This document shows positions 25,227 through 38,700 of a DNA stretch of 64,000 bases, in pieces. The notes below the pieces were generated by a model. It was not told where the DNA came from and did not search any database. It saw only the letters and a list, made by a program, of their open reading frames with translations. Positions within the stretch are counted from its first letter, which is position 1. Each line of letters opens with the position of its first letter. This stretch comes from Catajapyx aquilonaris (Eukaryota). A program made the translations under genes and the position numbers. The stretch is taken from positions 62,001-126,000 of the forward strand of contig KZ538494.1 in assembly GCA_000934665.2 (NCBI GenBank), read 5' to 3'.

Positions 25227-28200
25227 TTGGGCTACAAACAGTGCAACCTAGTGGTTGTTGGAAAAGATAAAGGTTTAAGATGCGGTCAATGTTTCCCCGC
25301 ATTTCCATAAACACGCCAGCTTGTAGTGACCATGAATGGATTAGCCACGTAGGAGAGGCAATGTGGAGACCAAAACGCCTAGAAAACACAAGTAGGCTAA
25401 TCAGTGATGCACAGGCCACAAGAGGATACTAGTTAGGACGCAGCGGAAGTAATCCGGACGTGTGCAAGCAAAATATGGGAAGAGAAACAACGTTTCCGTT
25501 GTCAACTTATGCGTAGGATGCAAGGGAGTTTCAGAGGAATACTTTGGTTTACTATAGGGGAAAGCCGACATTTCCCTACAAATAATAAAATCATGTAAGG
25601 AGAGCAACCGAAATGGATAGCTTATCTCAATAATTTAAACCCTTCACCCGTTGCATCAGAGAAGCGACCAGCAACTTCGTTACAAACTGATGTAGCAATA
25701 GTTTCCATATAGAGTAATTACTGCAGTTGGCACTAATTTTAGTTCAGGCCAGCTGTGTTTGTCTGGCGTTTTAACAGTACGCACCTCAAGTCCGTTAATA
25801 AAATGAAGTGTTCGCAACACACTTGCACCGCAGCAGGAGGCACTATTTTGTCACTCCCTCTGAAGGTAAGATCAAAACAGCACGCTATATTAACTACTTG
25901 GTATTTTCCCAGCCTCGTACTGAAAACACCCATGAAAACAGATTGCACCTCGCATTTTCCGTAGTAAATACGTCTTCTCTCGAAACCGAAGTTTCCTGAT
26001 ACAGAGAGCTTTCCAGAGGCTCGATCCGCAAGAATATTCATCCTCCGGAAAGAATCAATTTAACTCTCGACAGTGAGATAAGGAATCCGATGAAGCTGAA
26101 GTAAAGAAAGGCGTTGATAAAAACAAGTGGCAAGCGACAGAGCAGATGGGAAAAGAAACCGAAGCCCCGGTGGAGCCCCCCGGATTTTCTCTTCCTCCTT
26201 CCCCCCCTGCGGGGAGGGATTGGTAAGAGCGATCCGGGTGGGATTCCGGGAGATCGGAGGTACTTCATCGAATCCACACCGATATTTGGACACATAAATC
26301 CGGAAGACGTCGGCTGCTTATACTGTTCCATCAACAAGGCGCTGTTTGCACGGCCAAATGGAGCTCTCATGTGACGTAACTGGAAAAAAGTGGGTGGTGG
26401 GTGCCAATGACAGACCCCCCCCCAAAAAAGGCCGGATTGGGATAAAAGCTGGGAAAGCCGGTGCACCAGGGGAAAGAAATGAGTACCGACAAGAGGTGGA
26501 AATCCGGGCGCCCCAATCAATTACATCACTTGTAACTCGGAGCGACAGGAAACAGCAACGCGCCAGAAATGCTCCCTAATTTAATTTGGTGCCACGGCCA
26601 AAACGGGGCGGGGTTCTAATGGACCACCCCGGCTCCTTACCACAGGAGCATCATCCTCTCCTACCCTTAGCGCCATTCCAGCGCTCTTTAAACCGGGTCA
26701 AAAGGTAAAAGCCGGTGCGACGACCTAAGGCCCACCCCAGACTAATTCGTCGTCACGCATCTTTCGACTGTGGCCCACAGAGCAATGACCCGAGAATGGT
26801 GCAAATTGCTCGCACAATAAGGCTGATATGCACTAATGATGACATGCAAATGCGATGGGCACGCTTTTTTTCATTAATGCATAACGGAATGCTTTAATTT
26901 CGGGCCATCGCGTCCTCTCTCCATGTGTAGCTATTGACTCCAGCATTTTTATTCAGATATAGGTATGATTAATATCCGACAACACCCACACCTCCTAAAA
27001 TAGTGCGCAAGAAAAGACAAATGGTTGCCAACCTATTCATTAAACTAGCCTCGTCTCAGGATGTCTCACGACTACCACGAAATTCGTACCCTCCCCCCAG
27101 GTCCGTCCACATCACCCCAAGGATCCACGCCATCTCTCGACAAAACTGCCAACTCGCAACTAACCCCATCTTGCGGATGCTATGTTACACAGTATACGCA
27201 AATATGCTTAACTTAATGCGACGTTAAATCACAAAGTACCGGCTCGTAAATTGGGTGCAAATCGAGTTCCGCATTGTTATCATTTCTAAATGCCACACCC
27301 TTTCAAGCCCTTCCATTTGATTACGGCCAACAATCAAGTCGGTAAATCATGCCACATATACCTGCGTGAAAAATCTGCATTACGTTAGCAATTCGCGACA
27401 AATTATCCTTTTAACATGATTTTGTGAACGGTGCCTCTTCCATCCCACTAATTCTATCCCGGCGCGATAGCAATCTGATTAACTGCAACGTCCTCATTTT
27501 AATTCTCCCAACTCTCCAAGTATGACTGTCATGCAATCTCTCACCTGCTACACACATGCTGTTCCTCTGCTCATTTTTCCCTCCGCTTTTTTCCACCCAT
27601 GCCGCTCACTGACCATTGGCATATTCCCAGGAGAGACTACACCGATGTGCGTACCAGAACGGAGCGAAAGTATAATTGCAACCGTCTGACAACGCCTGGT
27701 GACACTAATCAATCTGAACGTAAAGTGCTCCAGTGATCGAAACCTTCCCGCGCTCTTTAATTCGTCAGTCACACATCAGCAATGTAACTGTTTATAACGT
27801 GCGCACCGGTGGCTTGTACGAGTCAACTTTAATAAAATTAATGATACCATTTCCATAATTACTATATAATGGCAAAACTAATTAAATGTGATGCAAAAAC
27901 AACATAGTCCAAAAAGAATTCGAACTCTATTATTATTAAAATTGAATTCTTCCGCTATTAGCTGTGGGTACACAAAAATATCTGATGTTAACATTTCGCA
28001 AAATTATGCTTTCGGTTTGCTGTCAGAATCAATGTTACAGTGTTTCTCCTATAACACTACACACAGTTCTTTTATACTGATGCCGGCCATGCTTCCTCAG
28101 CACCACGAAACCTTATCTCCACAGTTTCCCAGGCTGGCAATGTTTCGTTCGTTTATCTCCTGCAGCCTCACAGTTCACGTACATACTGACGCATGGGTGG

Positions 28201-31200
28201 ATAAGTCTCGGCGAGTGCTTACGAACCAAAAGGGGGGGAAAAAGACGCACTCATTCTGATTCCACTTGGAATGAGACCAAGGGAGAGGGTCTGCAGTAAA
28301 ACCGAGGTTAAAGTCCGCCTAAGTTCCCCAACTTTAATTGGTTCGGCCCGTTCTGCTACGGTCACGTGCGCAGCCAACCTGCTCAAATGGTCCGGGCCTT
28401 ACTTCTTCTCTTTTTTTTCCTTTTTCCCTTCTTCTTTTCCCTCTTCTTTCTAAAAACCCAACCTATCTCCAATGTAACGTCAAAGCTACCTGAGTAGGGA
28501 CCAGGGATTTACTTCAACTGGAGTTTTACAACCGAGCTCGACATCACTAACATGCAGACATTTCCTGCAAATGCACATAGGACCATGGAATAAAACAGCG
28601 CTTAGGTGTACAATTGTCTTGCTGATTATTGTAGAACAACTTCTTTTTTTTGTTAGCAACAGTGTCGCACTTCCGCAATATACGCTTTTTTAAAAAGCGG
28701 ATCCAGAATATCACGTGTGTGCGTATCACATGTTCACTACGCATTCGTGCCCACTCGGTTGCATTTGGTAGTAGCAAGTGTTTTTTAAAAAATTCTTCCA
28801 CTCTCGTTGGCAAAACGCACTCTGCATGGGTCGGATCGAAGGCGTGGCCACGTGTCAACCCCTGAACCTCACCCCACCCTTACCCAAAAGTGCGTGTGAC
28901 ATGAAAGAGACCAAGCACTTATACCCAGATAACCTCCTCTTATCTCATTTGTTTTTACTTATTCCCCCTCCTGCACGCGTCTTAACCCCGGTCCCAAATC
29001 TTGGGTTCCGCGTATATATAAACAGGGCTGCAACCAGGTTTATCCGGGGCACAAAAGCAAAACGTTACCAAGTCAACTGCATCAGATTACGTCAAAAATT
29101 CCTTTAGCCCCCCTGTTTTTTTTGCAGGTTTTGGAGCTACGAGGTTAGGAAAACTGGTAAAAAAAATCCGATACATCATGACACGTAATTACTTGGCATC
29201 GCGTGCCCCCTTTTTTATATACCACCCTATTTTTTGCCGTGCCCCTAGTCTGGCGTGTCTATGAATGCTTTTCAATATTAGTTTACTACAGGGGCACTCT
29301 TTTGTATCCCCCCGGATGGTTTCTGAAGGGCTGCAGAAAATGATTGGGTGTGGTGCACCGCATACAAAGCTGGCCGCACAGTCTGTGTGTATAGGCCTAG
29401 CATGTACTTTCCTTATTTACACGAGCGTTGATATATTGCTCTTACAAGTCTTTAGTCAAAGGACGACTTTGGAGGCCCTCATTGTTTTCGGAAGGGGCGG
29501 AGAGGGCATGGGAGGGTTGGGGGTCCTTGTGTACCCCCACCCGAATGATAAATGGGGGAGGGAAGCAGGACAATTCACAAAGACGGTACACAGCCCCGGG
29601 AACATTGATGAACGCAGCGGCACGTCAATCGTCTAGTCACGCTACGACTACCCTTCCATAGTACATGGGTATCGCATACTCTCAAAAAACACATCACATG
29701 TCACTTGCACACCCAAAAAGTATGTCTGTGAAACTCGCAACTTTGTAATATCATTCGTGCACGTCACTCACAAACATCGGCCAGCAAGTGAACCGTGGGC
29801 GTGATTGGGCCAAAAAAAAACATGAGGTTTATATATATCCGCAGAAAATGTTGGTCCATCACACGCATACACACCAAAAAATCCGTGGAGGTCGGCAGCC
29901 CAAACTAATTGAAAGATATAACCGGGGTCCGAATTATGCAGCGCCATTTGTTAGCATTAGCATCACAAGGGGAGGGGACCTCTTGTTTGTTTTCCAGGCC
30001 AGTCGCCGCTTCAGACGGCCCGAATTTTCTCAGAACACTGAATCGCTTGCACAGCCGGAAAGGGGAAAACGTCCACTGCAGATGACCACTCCGGGAATAT
30101 CAATCCCTACCTCCATTGTTGTGCTGCTGCAGTCAACTTGGGCTTTCCAACTTGTTATTTGCGTCGGGCATTACTCTGCTCTGCGATCAACCGAATTATT
30201 TCTCGAAGCATTTCTTTGATAGAACTTTTCAGCGTGGGCAGGAAGTCAACAAGTTATGCGAGTCACAACAATTCATTTGCGTTTGTGTAAGTTACAGTAC
30301 ACAAGTCGCGGGTGAATCACACGGTCCTAACTGCTTGTCGAAAAAGTTCAATATTGACTAACGACCAGAGGGGACACATTATCGTAAGATATTTACATGC
30401 ACTCCGAACCTAGCGATTTTAACACAAATCTACCTCTCACCTTGAAGCCCTACATTAGACCCAAGAATCAGGCCTACTTTTAGTTCAAAGTCTGGTTTAA
30501 GCTGTCGTGAGCTCGCCACTCACCCAGAATATACCGTGTGACCTACATTGCACAATCACGTCTATTTAATTCGCCGCATTACTCCTGTCAATTGCATAAA
30601 ATTGATTATATTAGCACAAAAGGCTTTATCCCGAACCGCCAGACATTCTTGTTCCCCATTGGCGACGGTGTAACTACCCAACCTTGTCGCACAGTAGACT
30701 ACCGACCACGAAGGTAGATGCTCCACTTTGCTTCCAGAAGGTCGATGTTCTCCCCAATGACTGAATGAATGCAGCAGATCAATGGAAACGTGAAATTGAA
30801 ACGGTCAACGGTCGCGTGAATGCCATACTTGCAAGAGAGACGAGGGAAAGGAATGAATATAAATGCGGTAAGGAAGTAAGGAAAGGGTTGCAATCAGACG
30901 CCACTCGCTTGTTGCTTCCTCTAACGCCACCCTTGCAGTTCAGAAAATGAACCGCAGAATTCCATCACCCACCAATTAAGCAGTCCTTTTCCCGCAACCT
31001 AGTAGATTTAAGGTACAGTAATAGAAACCTCCAAAATTGGATAAATTGTCGGATATGTTACGTAATATTTTAAACCTGTAGGCTTACCGCTTTTATGCTC
31101 TCAGCTTACCCAGCTGGAATGTGCCTAGTTTTTAAAATCTACTACTGACTTTCTCATTACTCCAGTTCGTATAAGCCGCCTCAACCACATCAACTGATTA

Positions 31201-32224
31201 TATAATTATAAAATGGACTATTTGAAATTTTGAAGCGACATTATCATATCGAAACTTCCTAATGTTCCCTTAACATTGCAGGACAATAATTAACCACAAG
31301 ACGATGCTGTTAAATGTTAACGTTCCTATACTATCAAAAGGATCGTATTATCGTGCAGGGAACAAGGGTAACGACGGAAGCCCTTAAACGTGATAAAACT
31401 TGAACAATAATAAAAAATACATAAGCCACTCTAGTTCAAAAGTGTACATATCCTCATGCAATGATCATGACTTTTCCCAGGTTGAAACCCATACACAGTG
31501 TATGACAACAGAACTATAATTATACTGCAAAACTGGACAAATTATGTCCACAGGGCAGACGTCATAGCAGTAATATTTTATTCGTAAAAACCTCGGCCCC
31601 CTAAAGTATGAAACAACAACACGTCCTATTTCACCTTCAGGTTTCAGTTTATTCTTGACTGTTGTATAAAAATAACGGTCAGGTTTGAGCCAGAAGAAAA
31701 CACACAAGGTTAATCTATTCTGTTAAGTTCAAGGCTTATTTCACAATCTCATTTTTAAATGTACAAAATAATATCCTAATGTTTCCTACAACCCGCTTTA
31801 ACATGCTCACTGAAGCCTACCCTATACCAGCAGATACAGCAGTGCTCATTCTCGCATATACCGACGAAAGACTAACACGAAACACCAGAACTAGATTCAG
31901 GTTATGATTATATGACTAGCAAGCGAGTGCCTTACCATATATATCCATCGGAAAGTGAATTTCGATGGAAATTACATCTGCGCTTCCTTGTTAGGCCAAT
32001 CACGGTGGTCAAATGGAAAAATGAAATCATAATTGAGGTTTCATTGCTCGAAATTGAATCAGAAGAAGGGAACCGTAACCCCCAAAAAATGTGAAACGAC
32101 GCATAATGCACCCATCCCTTCTTCCCCTCCTCATTCTCAAGTCTGTTAGGTCCACCAATCAGCCACCTCCTCTTCCCAAAAAGCTTGGGGGTGGGAGGTA
32201 TAAGACAGCCAATTTCCGGGAAGT

Positions 32225-32262
32225 AAAAAAAAAAAGAAGAAGAAGAAGAAAAAAAAGAAAAA
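32225..32262 (+). repeat. Polypurine low-complexity tract (A-run/(GAA)n)
   Basis: AAAAAAAAAAGAAGAAGAAGAAGAAAAAAAAGAAAAAG; source of poly-K/R/F/S ORF artefacts. Confidence 0.85.
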
Positions 32263-35200
32263 GGTGGCAAAGGCGGCTCGATCCCATCTCGCCACTTGCA
32301 CCCCGGCCGATCGCACTTTCCATCTCCATTTCGCCCTCTCTCCAAGCCAACTGTCTGTGAAATGCCACTCATTTATTTCCAACCCTTCCGCCGGCACGTC
32401 CGCGCGTTTTCCGCCATGTTGCCCAATCACTTCAAATATTCCCTCCTCTTCTCCTCTTTTTTTATTGCAAATTATCATGGTTGTGTTCCTTTAACTCAGA
32501 GCCAATGGCCACTTTGCGCAATCGTCACCCTACAAAACTATATGCAAAAAAAAAAAACAACGAAACCAATGTGCAGTTCAAATCATGCCTATAATAGTCT
32601 CACATAAAAATAATAAAATTAATCCTATGTGCAGTACGTGTCTGAAAATTATAGCCTGTCAATAGCATTTCCTCCGGCATTCATCTCTTCACATGGTTCG
32701 TTCCTTCTGCACAACACCATCCAGCTGCAACTGCAGGCTTCACTTGTCAGATCAATGCCGCAGCGCACGAAGCAATTCTCTGCAAAATTATAGTCAAGAC
32801 AAATCGATGTGGATGGCCCGCCCCTTTGATGACGAAAAATGGGAAGTGGAGAAAAATTAAATTATGAACACTGAACGTGTGCACTCGACAATGTACAATT
32901 GAGCGGGTTTTAAGCAATTTCCCTACCAAATTCGCGTTCCGGAGTGGCCAGAGGAAAAAACTTACACCTCATTATGCTTAGCAGCAAAATGAAACAAAAA
33001 TGATACTCTTTGTGTGTGTATATGGTTGATAATTCAGCCCTTCTTTCACGAATAAAAAAAATGTACGTGCTGTGGATGGAAAATGGTTGCTGTATCGACC
33101 TAACACAGCAATAGTACCAAAGTGGATTCGAAGCTGCGGTACACGTATACCTTTGTACTGCGCCCACAACGGTACTTTTATGAAATCGAAAATGAAAAAA
33201 AAAAAAGAATCACACGTTAAAAATATCTCGCTTCCTGGCATTTCCTGGCTCACTATACTATACAGATACATAATAGCTAACGACCATATGTCTGTATGAA
33301 TATTTCGCGATTTTGTTATTAATTTCGTGCATACAGTACAGTGGGAACTGCGGTGTGGTTCTTCCAATGCGTAGATGGATTTGAGGGCTCAGCGTGTTAC
33401 TGCACTTGCATAAAATCACAATATAAATGTATTCCCACAAAATCAATTCATAAGTTAAACCAAGCAATAAATTTCATATTAATCATAAATCAAATTATAA
33501 TTATATCGTAATTTTTAATCATTGTACTTGCATTATTAATCATAGCTGACCCAATTCATATTGCATATGGCATTTTAAACTAATCTAAAATTGCACGCCT
33601 CATTACCTATGCAATGTCAAAAGGCAAATAAACAAAACGCCGCATGAAATTCACAGTCCCAAGAACATCCCAGCAAAAGCACGCCACAATGTAGGCCATT
33701 TTATTGATCAGGCAAGAGGAGTACGCAGTGTACTAGATGCTGACGTATAGGCCACATTATGGAATTTTAAGTTGAGCGTAACTTTCATACAGTGTAGCTG
33801 CTGATAATTTTAGTCCATATATTCATATGCACACACTTAAAAATGCAACAAACCGCACAAAAAAATAGCAAGCAAGGTCACCTATATTAGAACTGCAGCT
33901 GAATTTCTGGCGAACCTGTCTCTCCTAAGTAAAAGCCCGAATTTCCGCCAAATCCAATTCTCCAAAGTGAATTTAGCGTCACTTCCCAGCCGGATTTCAT
34001 TTCCATGCACTTACACGTGACTCATTTGAGCGACAGGAAAGCGTCCAGCGTCCAGAAGACGCAATCTAAGAGTGCGGGTGGGGGTCGGAGAGACGGATGG
34101 AAGGAGAGGGGGAGGTGATGGTGCTTTGGATGCGCCACGAGACCCCATCTCTCTAACCCCCGCTCTAACCCGGAAGTCTTCCCGCCCAATATGATTATTA
34201 TTCAACCCCCGATGGGCATGGCCAGCATCTGCGCCAGACATCGCCTTCCTCTGGGGCGTAATCGGCCGTGTGCTTCCAAACAGCATCTCTCTGTACAACC
34301 CAACCAGCAGCAGCGCCAGCAGACGTCTGTTCTGGCGCTCACCCGAAATGCGTGGTTCTACTCACCATCAATCACTAGTGGACTCTGGCACCTGGCCAAT
34401 CCACATCTATTAATAGCGGAACAATAGCGAGCAGCCACGAAATTCCTGCAAACCCTTTTTTTTTACATGCTCGAGACATTGAATAAATCCATAATATGCG
34501 CGCGGCTGACCTTTCAACTTTGCGAGGCATCCTTCGCTTAGTATATTTGGAAGGGGTCAAGTTTTTCCCCCGAGCCTTCTACATTATGCAAGGAGTTTTA
34601 TAACTGGAGTGTAATCTGCATTAGAGCAGCCAACCACACAGTTGAAACTGTGCAAAGTGGATTTAAAACATTCTAATTTACATCGAGCCATTAACTTAAA
34701 AATTGCAGTATCTCACAGGCGGGCGGCGAAACTTTCACTGCTACAGTTTCGACGTTTCGAAAAATTAGAACAAGATCATGACATAAATACAGTATCCAAA
34801 TGCCACATTCTTTATTCAACTACAAACTTGCTGAATGTGAATTCATGGGGGGAGAAACCCAATCCTGACCCGCTTCAACCTCACTGTATGTCTGCTGTTG
34901 AACCTACCCCACTGCTCCAATCATTGGCCAGTCAGAGCAGCGGCCAGCATTTGCGTATATACCCTGCAGCTACATTGCATCGGTTATCCGCCAGTCTTGT
35001 TTACGCTTCTTTTTTTAAACAAATAAAATAAAAGCATCTATGTTGAGGTATAGGTTGTTTCTTTTCAAGAGATGGCTGGTCTTGAGATTATCATTAAATG
35101 AAGTAATGGGGGGTGCATCAATTTGAACAAATTTAAAGTTCACGTGTTAGCTTTGGCGGTCTTCAGAATCCGATAGGTAAAGTCGGTGGCCAAACTTAAT

Positions 35201-35695
35201 CTTGAAGTAAGGCCACTTTACTCCCCGTTGATCAGGCACTACTTAACATAGCTCCGCCTACGCCATGTGCTGGCCTCTGGCCAGGCAAATCGCAATTACA
35301 TGCTCCCTGAGAGGCCGTGAATATAAACACCTCCCTTATTGCTTTTCTTCATGGACTCGACTAAAGCTAATCTCGCCAAGGTTTATCCGGTCCCTTGATC
35401 GGATCCAATAGTCCTGAACCAGCCAAATGTCCCAGAAAACGAACATCCTCAGTGTAGCCAACATAAAATGGTAGTTATTTTCTCCAGGCCAGTTTCCACC
35501 TGGTCTTGGTATCGGAGATGCATCCCGTCTGGCGTGGTTTGATGCATCCCAGCCACGCCCAATCACCCGCATCATTAACGGACCAGCAGGCCAACAATCC
35601 GGGATACCGCACGGACTTATTAAAATATTTGCCCGGGCCCGGAGAAAATGAACCTAGTGGACTGGGGGGTGTAGCAGCAGCAGTGGAGGAGGTAA

Positions 35696-35711
35696 GGGGG
35701 GGGGGGGGGGG
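35696..35711 (+). repeat. Poly-G homopolymer (others at 56206-56220, ~60310-60333; poly-C at ~16550-16564)
   Basis: Direct observation. Ns at 56221 and 60325-60326 sit in or beside G-runs, so run lengths may be assembly-uncertain. Confidence 0.9.
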
Positions 35712-38700
35712 TAGAATTTTGGCGCAACCCAGAAATCAATGCGCGAGTGGGTTATTGCGTGACCCTCGCGACGCCTTGACCCCGCACGCCACCCCCTTTC
35801 TCTCCATTTCCATGCTTCTCTGCTTTTTATCTCCTCGGTGCCGCTTTCCGGGATGAATGTTTTAAACTGGCTAATTACGTACACGTCAAAATGTCCCCGG
35901 GCCATGGATCTGGCTGCTGCTGCCTAGCAAAAAGCCCGCATACGTTAGTTATTCATTTCGGCTCTCCTAATAATAAAAAAAAAGGTCGGTGTAAAAATAA
36001 TCATTTTTATGCATTGCTAGGGCCGCCGCTCCGATTGCACATATATACGACCCCCAGTCTTATTTTACGGAGGCATAAAGCCAACAAAGCCTGTCAATAC
36101 ACTTGGGTGGCACTCACCAATCAAACTGAGTATATGCCCAACGCTTTCTTCATTTCGCCAGGACCGGCCGATGTTACGAGCCTGTTCCCAAGTTCCTTCT
36201 ACCCCACCCCTCACTCTTCCTCCGTTTTTTTTAAACTCTTCGCTACCGTTCCGGGTAAAGCTTTACGGCCGTTTCATGACCTCTCGGTACCAATGCCGGG
36301 CGATATATAGCCTACAACTTTGCCAGTCGAACGAATCGACCTGATAACTACACATTTCGTTCAATCGGATACTCTGCAGGGTTGGCTTCCACAACGCTGC
36401 ATTTGTGGCACAGTGTTGGGACTGAACCAGCGTCACGTTGTTATCGCGTATAAATAATTATTACTCCGCTCTAAACAGCACGTATCTGCTATATCCAATA
36501 ATCAATTAAAACATTACAGTTATTGGCTGTAATAATTTGACTACCTACAGGGTATCAAATTACCCTATTACACTATAGGAAATAACGGAAAATACGTATG
36601 GTATTTCCCAAACGGTTATTCCTGACACATGAAAATATAAAAATTACAAAATAAAGTGGGCCTCTCCAATGTAGTTCCACTGCCTAGAATGCCCGCAAAA
36701 AACAAACAAAAAAAACGACTGCCTTAAACTTAAGTAGCTTTAAAATCACTCCTGCATGTTTCACGACTCGCTGTGAACGACTACATCGTATACGGAGGAG
36801 CTAAATTTAACGCCAGCCGTAAGCATACGCCAGGTGAAACATAACCTCGCAGGAATTCAAATTTTCCACCCTCGCCATCCAGGAAAAGTTGGCCGGCGTG
36901 CAAAATTCAGAGAGCGTCCACATTACAACACGTTGCAGCCACTTTGCTCAATATCATTACTACGTAATCTGACGAGCTGAACCGGAAAGAGTTTCGATTT
37001 CAATAATTAACTCGGCTAGTGTCGCGTGCCTTGTACGCCAACAATCCTCACGCGTTCTCTTAAAACCGATCCCTAGCAAGTGACCGCCGTGTAACCCCAT
37101 CCAATGGTCATCGCTCCACCGGTCATTTCGACTGAAGCTGCAAATCCGTCTACATTTTCATGCACGGCTCGGAATCTCCATTTTTTTTTACAAAAAAAAA
37201 AAAAAAACCTGCGGCCTGTTGTTTTGCAGGTCGGAAAGCGGACACATGGAATCATTAGGGCACAGGACACATTCCCATACACCCATATACGCCATGTTAC
37301 ATCGACGCCACCTAGCTCCAGGCACTTTTTTTTTCCAACTACCCGCCATGCTTCATTATTTATGATTTTTTTTTTCTCTCCTGAAAAATGGCCGAATGAA
37401 AACGAATTTTAGGCCCGTTTTTAACCTTACTTTTTCGTTGTGCGTTGGGCGCTCCGAGGTATTACAGGGGGGAGTGTGGAGACAGGCAGGAGGTTGGGAG
37501 GGGGTGCTGCTGCAATCTATACTGTAACGCCACAGGCCCTACTTGACTGGATGCAGAATAGCCAACCCCCAAGGCTTCAGTAACCGACCAATTGCCGGCT
37601 CTGCAACACCGCCCAGCCGGAGTTGCAACTGAGCCTAATTACCATTTAATTATGAGCGATGCCGGCGCGATACAATCGAGACATTTTCCGAGCGGGGCCC
37701 CACAACTATGGAAGCTCGTGGATCCAAAACACTTCCTCGCGTGCGCACCCACTTATCTTCCTCTCCCTCCAGCCAATAAACCACCCCCTCCTTCCTCTTT
37801 CTGCCAACAAAATTTCCAAGAGATGGTGTATGGCGGGGGTGTGCTGGAGTGGTGGAGGAAGAAGGGGGCAAAAAAAATCTACTTCGCTTCTTTTGCTTCC
37901 ACTTCTTTGCCTGAGGAGGTGGTTGGAGGAGGGGTGAAAAAGAAAACGAGAGTAAGGAATGGCCTGAGACGATAGGGTTATGGGCTCCTGGCTGTATAGG
38001 GCCTTACTCCAGACGCTATAATGAGGATTATAGGAACGTCTAGCGACTTTGGGAAGGATTAGCAGTGATATTGCCAGCGATTCTATCTTACAGGTGAAGT
38101 CACAAGGTTGGGAGGAGCTATAATGAAGGACGCTGTTATTATGACCTGAGATAGGGGGTGAAAACCATAACACTGCTTATGAGAAAAGCCTCCTTGGAAA
38201 TACATTTCAATGGGATGGCACGAGACGCTTTTCCCTTGTCGCATTATTTTTTTTAAAATTCTGAAATAATATAAAACACATCCGCTGGTACCAAATTGCC
38301 TTTGTTCTGGTAGGTCAGGTCAGATCGTTGGGGAAGGAGACATTATTGTAATTTGGAGGCTCCTTTATGGGGAAAGATTTAGAGAAGCCAGTGCTTGGTG
38401 GGGTAGCTTTGAATATGTGTTCATCCTATCCCTCATGGATTCCGCAAGAACTAAAGGTTGGGTTTTGTTCGGGACAGGTAGAAGAGCGGTTTGGGTATGA
38501 TAAAATAAGGTAGCCACGATGCAAATCGAGTCATGTTTGAGGTTAGCTAATGAAGTTCCCAACAGCTTGCGAAACTTTGCAATGAATGGCGAATCCCTGC
38601 GCGGCCTGTAGATACTGCACAACTTTCCGCCCTTCCAATAGCGATTATGGTAATCGAAAGGGAGGGAGGAGAAGAGGGGGGTGGAAGGTGAGCACCTCCG

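Noticed and set aside
25126..25419. ORF with long poly-Leu resembling a signal or transmembrane segment
   Set aside because: Artefact of the (TAA)28 microsatellite.
27355..27390. Other sense-strand CAG|GT sites (27362 GTATAT, 16815 GTGAAA, 38738 GTAGCG, 50981 GTATAG, 27545 GTGAGA)
   Set aside because: Weak donor half or weak pyrimidine tract, or an intervening AG; similar-quality motifs occur on the antisense strand.
29023..29263. Possible decayed hAT-like MITE (CAGGGCTGCAACCAGG...GGGGCAC ends); a similar solo end at ~60299-60340
   Set aside because: Termini do not match convincingly and no 8-bp target duplication is visible.
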